A DNA stretch of 64,000 bases from an uncultured virus (IMG/VR IMGVR_UViG_3300001687_000011) (taxonomy: Duplodnaviria > Heunggongvirae > Uroviricota > Caudoviricetes), in the IMG/VR virus record IMGVR_UViG_3300001687_000011, one strand, 5' to 3'. Position numbers and translations under genes: made by a program. Under the pieces are notes generated by a model, which saw only the letters and a program-made list of their open reading frames with translations, had not been told where the DNA came from and made no database searches. How positions within the stretch are numbered: position 1 is the first letter of the stretch; each line of letters begins with the position of its first letter. Shown here piece by piece: positions 56,642 through 64,000 of this stretch.

Positions 56642-57268
56642 ATTTTACCTCTTACATAGAGAGATTTGAGAGAAGATTATCTAATTGACTCTTGGCCCCA
56701 TCAGCCTCATCAATCTCTGCACGATGTTCTTTATTTTTGATAGCCATCTCAGTTTTGAGGTCTGCTAACTGTTGTGTTTTCTTCTCCACTACTTCATCAT
56801 TGGAGTCAATCATGGTCTGTTGCTTGGTCTGAATAGTTTCCAGATCAGTCTTGGCCTTTTGGATTTTACCAGCCATCTTTTGTAGCTCTTTTGCTACTGT
56901 GTCTTGTACTGCTTGTACCTTCTTCATTTTAGATCCTCCTCTAAAAGGTTTAGGTTTAAAATAATACTGTTACTTTGACTTTTTGAGGGTTTAACTCTTT
57001 TATGATAATAAATGATCCCTCAACATCATCTACATCACAATTTTCATAACCATTATCTGTGTAGATTATTGCTTCACAACTACCTATGAACATAATACCA
57101 TATGTAGGATGTATATCCCTTGATTTTACAAGATAAATATTTCCTTCCTCTATTTCATCAGGTATTTCATCTTTCATATATTCTTCAGCTAAGTCTAACA
57201 TATAATACCTCCATAAAATATGAGGTGGAGTTAGGGGCCATCGGCTCATGGAAGGCAGCCCCACGTTC

Positions 57269-57387
57269 AAAAAACCAAGAGACAAAAACCCACAGAATAA
57301 AAAAACCAGATAGCAAAAAACCAAGAGGAAAAGGAGTAAACCTCAAGGAAAAAATCACATCTGGAAAAAATCTTCTATAGAAAAACT
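57269..57387. repeat. Array of ~8 imperfect A-tract units (A5-7 followed by CC/TC) at ~14-20 bp spacing
   Basis: aaaaaaccaagag, aaaaacccacag, aaaaaaaccagatag, aaaaaaccaagagg, aaacctc, aaaaaatcac, aaaaaatcttc, aaaaactc in a non-coding gap. Confidence 0.55.
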
Positions 57388-57471
57388 CTTTCCATGATTA
57401 ACGTTATGATTAGTGTCATACTCACACTCCACCCCTATTATATAATAATGTATTTCACACTATATTTTGTA

Positions 57472-59991
57472 TTAGTCCATCCTGTAACTTGATTTTCCCT
57501 CTTCATCCATAGATGTTACAATCTGTGAATTATAATATGGAAAGTTAGCCACATGACTTACCACAAAACAGTTGTCTACAGGTAACTTTTCAGTAATATG
57601 CATAGCTTCTTCAGTGTTCTTTTTATCAAGTGCAGCTAAGAACTCATCAAAGACCAGTAATCCACACCCACCAGCTATCTCAAATAGTTTAGATAAAATG
57701 TATAGATCTATTAAACACTTTTCCCCACCAGAACAATTATCATAATTAATCCAACGTTTGTTTTTCAAATAATAAACTCCGAAATCTGGTTTAATCTTTT
57801 TATTCTTCTGTTGTTTGTAAGTCTCTACTTTAAATTTTTCATTTGTCAAAACTTTAGCTACTCCTGCCAGAATTGTCAATATTACTTCTCCATCAGGGGA
57901 CACCAAATCCATATATTCCTTATTGAGACTCATAATAGCTTTAGCAGCTTCATAATCATCTTTCAAAGAAAGACACTGTTGTTCCAGAGTGCCTATTGTA
58001 TTATATGCTTTATTGATATTTTCTATCCTAAGTTTCTCTGTAAATAACTCATTGAAATGGTTCTGTAATGTTTTAACCTTTTCTTGGAGCATAGCACTCA
58101 TCTCTATCAAATTATCATACTTGCCAGTATCAACTGCTTGTTCCATTACTTCCTGTAACTCTTTTTGAAACTGTTCCTTATTATGCAGAATTCTTTGGGC
58201 CATAGCTTCCATTTTATCTTTATCGATAATTTGACCACAAGCATAACACTTATTATTATGTATATCCGTCAACTGGGTATCACAAACTATTAATTCTCGT
58301 TCTACCCTGGATTTATTCTTCTGTTGAGAAGACATCAATTCTCTCATTGTAGCAATTTGATTACTGACTTGTTCATACATTTTACTGAAAGTATCTTTTT
58401 CACTCTTTACTTTAGATAAATCCCCTTCTACCTCTGAGAGTCTTTTATTAAGACCTTCTAAATCCATAGAGGTCTCAGTAGAAATCATTTTGTTGATCTC
58501 TTCAATTCTGATATTAATATTACTGATGTCTGTTTCTAACTCTCCAACATAGTCTTTAGAAGAATCATATAAAGCCTTTGCAGCATCATAAATATTATCT
58601 ATGGTTGTCAAACCTAAAATATTACTTATCAGTTTTACCCTCTCGGTAAATTTATAACTACTTAAAAATTCTTTTCGATCCTGATTAAAAATCATGAGAT
58701 CGAGACGTTTTATAAAGGGTAACTCTTTTTCCAGAAAGTCACATGTTGTAGAATGAAGACCTTTATCCTCAGGCTTCCCATCAATCTCAACCTTAGTAAG
58801 TCCTGATCCCTTCTCTGTACCCCTTATTATAGTGTAAACATGACCACTATAAGCAACTTTTAATGTTAATTTAAAATCCTCTGCCCACCAAGATACATAA
58901 TCTTTAGGTGCAGTAGCTCCCTCTAAACTAACTCTTATAGCTTTTAACAATGAACTCTTACCAGTACCATTTTCCCCAGACATCAAGGCAACTCCACCGA
59001 GTTCATTAAAATCAACATCCAAATTTGGAATTGTCAAAAAGTTTTCTATAGACAATGACAGCAATCTAAACCTTAGATCTAAAGCCTTATCGTCCATAGA
59101 AACTTTTGTAATAATATTCCCATGTATATCCATTAAATGGTGTTTATCCTCTAAAACCTTATCTAAAATAGTCAGTGGATTAAAAATCTTAGTAGGTTCC
59201 AAGTCAATAGCTTCCTTGATTACTGACTCTAAAGGCTTTTTAGTCTTGATATAAGGATCTTTATAAATCTTATTAGTTGTCAAGAACCTAAGTCTTTTTG
59301 TCCCCTTGACTAATTCTTTAGGAGTCTCTATTCTTTCCCATTTAAGGGTAGAAGAATCGAGCATTATAACCCCAACATCTGGACTATCAGAAAATGAGTT
59401 CTGCAATGGAGTCCCTGGGACTACAATTTTATCCTTTACAATTTGATGTTTGTGTATATCACCCACGAAAGCAAGTTTAAATTTAGATAAGTCTATACTA
59501 AATCCAGATTTCATTTTATATCCAGATCCAGTAGAAACTCCTTGAGGAGTAAAATGACCTACAAAAATATCATGTTCCTCTACTTCATCAAAATTTATAG
59601 TAGGTTCCCATCCAAGAAAATAATATTTAAGTCCTTCTATATTAATATATTCACGATGTAAATATTTAGCATTAGATACCCTATTAACAATAGTTAAATA
59701 AGTATTTTCCTCAAAAACTGTAGTATCACTCCTGACCTCATCTAAATCATGCTGCCCATGAGTCATATAAACTGGGCAATCAAATTTTTCTATAAAATCA
59801 ATTGCTACATTAGTTGTTTTTGCAGAGGGTTTGGATACATGAAATAGATCCCCTGATATAACAACCGAAGTAGGTTTAAATGATGATAACCAATCACCGA
59901 GATACAAAAATTGGTGTAATCGATAATATGGTTCATCTATGTTATATACTCTAAAATCGTTTATATGCACATCTGCAAGATGTAAAATCAT
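57472..59991 (-). CDS. Fused SbcD(Mre11)-SbcC(Rad50) nuclease/ATPase
   Basis: N-terminal DVH, GDLF, GQHD, GH, GDIH phosphoesterase motifs; then Walker A GENGTGKS, coiled coil with CYAC zinc hook, signature SGGE, Walker B LVFDE, SH loop, all in one 839-aa frame. Confidence 0.9.
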   Translation of the reverse strand: MILHLADVHINDFRVYNIDEPYYRLHQFLYLGDWLSSFKPTSVVISGDLFHVSKPSAKTTNVAIDFIEKFDCPVYMTHGQHDLDEVRSDTTVFEENTYLTIVNRVSNAKYLHREYINIEGLKYYFLGWEPTINFDEVEEHDIFVGHFTPQGVSTGSGYKMKSGFSIDLSKFKLAFVGDIHKHQIVKDKIVVPGTPLQNSFSDSPDVGVIMLDSSTLKWERIETPKELVKGTKRLRFLTTNKIYKDPYIKTKKPLESVIKEAIDLEPTKIFNPLTILDKVLEDKHHLMDIHGNIITKVSMDDKALDLRFRLLSLSIENFLTIPNLDVDFNELGGVALMSGENGTGKSSLLKAIRVSLEGATAPKDYVSWWAEDFKLTLKVAYSGHVYTIIRGTEKGSGLTKVEIDGKPEDKGLHSTTCDFLEKELPFIKRLDLMIFNQDRKEFLSSYKFTERVKLISNILGLTTIDNIYDAAKALYDSSKDYVGELETDISNINIRIEEINKMISTETSMDLEGLNKRLSEVEGDLSKVKSEKDTFSKMYEQVSNQIATMRELMSSQQKNKSRVERELIVCDTQLTDIHNNKCYACGQIIDKDKMEAMAQRILHNKEQFQKELQEVMEQAVDTGKYDNLIEMSAMLQEKVKTLQNHFNELFTEKLRIENINKAYNTIGTLEQQCLSLKDDYEAAKAIMSLNKEYMDLVSPDGEVILTILAGVAKVLTNEKFKVETYKQQKNKKIKPDFGVYYLKNKRWINYDNCSGGEKCLIDLYILSKLFEIAGGCGLLVFDEFLAALDKKNTEEAMHITEKLPVDNCFVVSHVANFPYYNSQIVTSMDEEGKSSYRMD

Positions 59992-60379
59992 TCTTCTATT
60001 AACCTTCCCCTATTCCTCTAACACATAATCTCTATACTTACCCTCAAAGACTTCCTCTATCCTGTATCTTAATTTCTCAGACAAATTTGTTTTCATAAGT
60101 AGACACTTTGGACATGGTTCAATACAAGGGTCAAAGCAAGACAAAGCACATACACACTTTGCTTTACTGTAAAAAATCTCACAGTCCTCAATTACAGGAC
60201 ACCCCTCACACTTACACACTCACACTAACCTCTCTCTCTAAATTACTTAGTTTTTTCTTCTAAGCTCCTCCTTAATCTTTTCATATCCTCAATGATCCTT
60301 TCACAAGCTTCATCGATTTTATCACAACATTTTGATATAACTTCAAATATATTTTCAGACACTTTTCCACCTACTTATA

Positions 60380-60407
60380 TTATCGTCACTTTATTAAAAA
60401 ATCTTCA
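60380..60407 (-). promoter_or_regulatory. Repeated phage promoter motif, copy 11
   Basis: TGAAG-ATTTTTTAATAAAGT-GACGATAA then TATAAGTAGGTGG. Confidence 0.72.
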
Positions 60408-61042
60408 ATAGATTTTTATTTGTGTTCTTTTTCAGTATCTTCCAGCACTTCCTCTGTAGAGTTACTACCAATACCACCAACAGCACTTAGGTCAACTTGC
60501 ATATTCTCTTGTTCACCATCTTTAAGTCTAAGATCTGCTTCATATTTCAAGATCTTTTCTTCAAGAAGGGTAATAACCTGTTCCATTTTATTTGGTTCAT
60601 TGAAGATTGAAGCAAGACGATCTGAGTATCTGGCTAATACACCAGAGGTCATTCTGTTATTTATCATAGTGGTAAATATAAATTCTGCAATTTCTTCTGA
60701 AGGTTTATCGAAGAATTTAACAGTAGACTTATTTGCCTTTGCTGCTTCTTCCAGATCACCAGCTTGTTTGTCTATAATACCAAGAAGGGTCAAGAACTGT
60801 TGATAATACATTCTGGCTTCACCAAATTCATTACGAGTGAAGACACCTTCATCCATACATAATTGTATCATAACTTCTACAGTATTCATAAGAGAAGTTA
60901 ATCTCATGTTTAAGACACCAATAGATTGAGCGATCTCACGAATAGTAGCGTCCATCTGAATAAAAGCCCTTTCGATACTCTTTTGTTTGTCCATTTTTCT
61001 TGTTTGATTTCTAAGTTGATTACTCATAAATATCTCCTTATG

Positions 61043-61095
61043 AAAAAGTGGTGATAAACCCCAGGGAAAAAGGAGGAAACCCCAGGGCTATCACC
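61043..61095 (-). promoter_or_regulatory. Long hairpin with anti-SD loop and U-tract (terminator or riboregulator)
   Basis: GGTGATAGCCCTGGGG-TTTCCTCCTTTTT-CCCTGGGGTTTATCACC-ACTTTTT, followed by the AAGGAG RBS of 60416..61027. Confidence 0.65.
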
Positions 61096-61976
61096 TATTA
61101 AAAACTTAACCAGAAGGTATTGAAGGTCTATATACAGGTAATGTAGAATTCGGATACACATATAATTTTACTATATCAGTATCTACATTATCTGAATTAA
61201 ACTCAAAACTGAAAGGACTTCCCAACTGTTGGGTATCACCATAGAACATGACAGTCCTGTAAGAATTTTTACCGTAGCCTCCTAAACCCCCACTCAAAAA
61301 TTTATTTCCAAACTTTTCATTTATTGACTGCTGAAGTTTGTCAGAATACTCCTTTAGATTATCTACAAGATGTTTATAATCATGTTTGTACATAACCACA
61401 ATATAATTTTTAACTATAAGATCCAATATACACCAGGTATATTCTTTATCTCTATTCCTGAGATATTGTAATTCATCATCAAATATAAGATTAACATGTT
61501 TCAATGAGAGACGATGCCAATCCCCATCAAAAATCCGTCTCTTTGCTATATATAAGATCCCCTCCTTATAGTGACTTTCTATAACACTGTTTATGAAGTC
61601 ATATTTATCTGGGACATATACATCACACAATATTTTACTATAATCGAAGAATAGCTCATAAGCTACTTCTTCAGGTGTAACATTGTAATGAGATGGTTCA
61701 AAAGCTGTTGGTTGAACATATAAGACGGACAAGGAATTTTTTTTGTTGTCTATTAAGAATTGAGATAGTTTACCTGCTAAAGCTTTTAGGTAATCTGTCA
61801 TATTAAAAGGATATACGGGCAATAGTTGTACAGGGATATAAATCTTTGGTTTACAGTGCCCAAAATTGAAAGCAATTAAAGATCCATATTTTTTCATACC
61901 TTCTGAACTTATCCTTTGGATATTGGAACGATCAACTAAAACCATACTATCTGTCTTATTAGACATCACATACCCC

Positions 61977-62279
61977 CTATGTTAATGTAACAAGTGGTTC
62001 TTCCTTTGGTTCATCTTCATCATCCAAATCAGTCACATCCATAGCTCTTCCACATCTACTACAAACAAAGATCTCCATAGGATAAGCTTTTACATGCGGT
62101 TCAGGTCTTTGTAAAAGTGGTAACTTCTTAAAAATACATGATCTAAGAAATATTACATTACCACACCTGGGACACACATGATCCTTAAGTTCACTCAAAT
62201 CAACACTTATTGTTTGATGTTGTTTTTGTTTTTCCTGAATCTGCTTCATTCGTTCTTTAACTAAGTCGTCATTATTCAT
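61977..62279 (-). CDS. Zinc-ribbon protein
   Basis: CPRCG...CSRCG. Confidence 0.6.
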   Translation of the reverse strand: MNNDDLVKERMKQIQEKQKQHQTISVDLSELKDHVCPRCGNVIFLRSCIFKKLPLLQRPEPHVKAYPMEIFVCSRCGRAMDVTDLDDEDEPKEEPLVTLT

Positions 62280-62308
62280 ACTTTTACCTTCCTTTTTTAA
62301 CCAATTAA

Positions 62309-62567
62309 TATGTGATGGACTGGCTAACCCCCACCAATCTACCCACTAATAAGCCACAAGAAAAAGTTAATATAGGCCCTCAAACTTTTTCCATACAACT
62401 TATTTGACCATCTTCTCGTTTATCCTATTGACCACAATTACTGGGAGCAGTAATTGTCCCTTCAACAAGAGGTAGTCCTACTCATTCAAGAGGTACGTTA
62501 CGGAAGTCTCAATGGTCGAACTTTCCTGGATATTTATTTTCATCCCGTTCTATATCCACATCACATA
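62309..62567 (-). ncRNA. Candidate structured non-coding RNA (~260 nt, multi-branch)
   Basis: Closing 9-bp stem plus four nested compatible helices; G-U pairs favour the minus strand; no credible ORF in the gap. Confidence 0.6.
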
Positions 62568-62574
62568 AATTTAA

Positions 62575-62865
62575 TTATTCTTCACCATCTAAAGCATCAA
62601 TAGCAGCAACTATCGGAGCAACTTCATCAGCTACACCATATAGCCATGCTTTTACTTTATCAAAACCTGCTTTAACCTTATTTTCATAATAGGTCTCTAT
62701 AGCATTAACAATAGCATCATCCTTCCTGGTAAAAGTAGTAACATTTGCCAGACCAGCCAAGGATTTAATTACCTGGCCTACTGCCAATAAGATTTCTTCT
62801 ACAATACCAATCAAGAGACCAACATTTTTACAAAAATAAGCTAAAATCGCTTTAACCTTACTCAT
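62575..62865 (-). CDS. Hypothetical amphipathic protein
   Basis: 96-aa ORF with GGAGG RBS and an N-terminal hydrophobic helix; function unknown. Confidence 0.6.
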   Translation of the reverse strand: MSKVKAILAYFCKNVGLLIGIVEEILLAVGQVIKSLAGLANVTTFTRKDDAIVNAIETYYENKVKAGFDKVKAWLYGVADEVAPIVAAIDALDGEE

Positions 62866-62885
62866 CTTTTAACCTCCAAAAAATA

Positions 62886-63797
62886 TTACCAATCGTAATT
62901 TACTAAACCATAGACTGTCTCGGAATTATCTTCACGATCATGTCTTACACCTACAGCCACTCCAAAAGCTGAAGTACCATTACTCCAAGTAACTCCATGA
63001 CTGATCGATGTAGTCTTTGAGTCCGTAAATAATGAACTCTTATGATCCAGACCATATTTATTCTCAAGGACAATCCTGGATTGAGCTAATAGCTCATTAT
63101 TCGCATTATAAAACTGTACATAAGTGTTTTCAGTCCAGTAGGTTCCATGAGGCATTGTAACCAAAACCTCAACATAACTTATAGGACTACATTCGGAAAA
63201 TCCCATAACAGGTTTTATCAGAGTCACTACCTTACTGTTGTTCGTTTTGGCATATGCAAAACCAGGAGAATCAGCTTTTACTGCAATAATAAATCTATAG
63301 AACTCTCCCTTTGCCAACTTAACAATAGTCTTATTTGGGGATACAGCAACACCAGTTACAATACTATTGGTATCCATCAGATCTACCGTACCACTGACTA
63401 AAGGTGCCCCTATAGATTCTTGGTAAGTACCACCACTATTTAAGGTATTCACTGACTGATTATAGGCATTTGATTGAAAACCTTCATAGTCTTCCATCAG
63501 TTCATTGTTCACAGTGGTTATAGTATCACCTTCATTTACTACATTGATGGTATTATTTATAACATTTGTATTATTGATGGTATCACCTTGATTAGGATTT
63601 CCATCAGGGCCAGGAGGAGGATTACCATTGTTACCACCCTGACCTGGGCCAGTATAACCAGAACTATGAGGATTATGTGGATTCTCCCACCCATAGGCAT
63701 TTCCATTATCGGGATCTGCATATACTTTTGTACCCATTCCTACACTTACAATCATCAACATGAACATAATCATTACTACTACTGCAATCTTTTTCAT
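62886..63797 (-). CDS. Exported protein with N/G/P-rich linker and C-terminal outer-membrane anchor-like strands
   Basis: Signal peptide ending VYA-D; low-complexity GNNGNPPPGPDGNP/TINN; last strands TTSISHGVTW, SAFGVAVGVRH, TVYGLVNYDW. Confidence 0.5.
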   Translation of the reverse strand: MKKIAVVVMIMFMLMIVSVGMGTKVYADPDNGNAYGWENPHNPHSSGYTGPGQGGNNGNPPPGPDGNPNQGDTINNTNVINNTINVVNEGDTITTVNNELMEDYEGFQSNAYNQSVNTLNSGGTYQESIGAPLVSGTVDLMDTNSIVTGVAVSPNKTIVKLAKGEFYRFIIAVKADSPGFAYAKTNNSKVVTLIKPVMGFSECSPISYVEVLVTMPHGTYWTENTYVQFYNANNELLAQSRIVLENKYGLDHKSSLFTDSKTTSISHGVTWSNGTSAFGVAVGVRHDREDNSETVYGLVNYDW

Positions 63798-64000
63798 ACC
63801 AGTCTCTCCTTTTATTTTAAGGATTAATATTAATAGAAATAACTATAAGCATACCCAACCAGACTAAAAATAGAATAAGAAATTTCTTATCCCCTCCCCT
63901 CTGTACTAAGACTGACTTCCTTCAACCCAAATTACATCATCTTGTGGTCTTAATTTGAACACAGGACAACCTAATGTAGTTGGAGGATACAATTTCATTT

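Noticed and set aside
56956..57324. 122-aa ORF with hydrophobic N-terminus
   Set aside because: The N-terminal part is a translation of the T-tract repeat array; a strong GGAGG RBS supports a start at ATG 57201
62309..62567. RNase P RNA identity (GGAAAGUUC and GGCUUA segments)
   Set aside because: The would-be P4 pairs poorly, GGCUUA lies inside a local long hairpin and is ~30 nt from the closing stem; no tmRNA or tRNA-like ends either
1..64000. Plus-strand ORFs in the supplied track
   Set aside because: They almost all overlap better minus-strand genes, lack RBSs and show antisense-shadow composition (S/F/I/L rich)
1..64000. Stop-codon reassignment
   Set aside because: Long conserved genes are intact under the standard code, and TAA, TAG and TGA all end genes at sensible positions

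Overview
AT-rich (by eye roughly one-third G+C; not computed), gene-dense 64 kb segment of a large, probably jumbo, dsDNA bacteriophage. Essentially all credible genes lie on the minus strand and read with the standard bacterial code. About 100 small hypothetical genes are interspersed with recognisable replication, transcription and nucleotide genes: an unsplit RNA polymerase beta' subunit directly preceded by a divergent sigma-factor-like gene, a family-A DNA polymerase with an N-terminal family-4 uracil-DNA glycosylase domain, a single-chain SbcD-SbcC (Mre11-Rad50) fusion, class II ribonucleotide reductase, dUTPase, dCMP deaminase, a Cas4-like nuclease and a ClpP-like protease. There is also an RNA/ADP-ribose repair set (RtcB, Thg1, nucleotidyltransferase, GGQ release-factor domain, NADAR, macrodomain) and a tRNA-Phe(GAA). 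Unannotated structure found by reading the DNA: (i) 11 copies of a fixed-spacing promoter-like motif, YGAAG-N15-(G/A)(C/T/A)CGATA(T/A/G), whose -10 box resembles sigma-28 boxes and which may be read by the phage sigma-like protein plus beta'; (ii) a ~260-nt multi-helix candidate ncRNA at 62309-62567; (iii) a single gene bracketed by an 18-bp inverted repeat; (iv) a hairpin with an anti-Shine-Dalgarno loop; (v) an A-tract repeat array between sbcDC and the polymerase gene; (vi) a tRNA T-arm relic fused to an HNH gene. Outer-membrane-type C-termini suggest a Gram-negative host, possibly Desulfobacterota (inference). All family calls come from motif recognition, not database searches.
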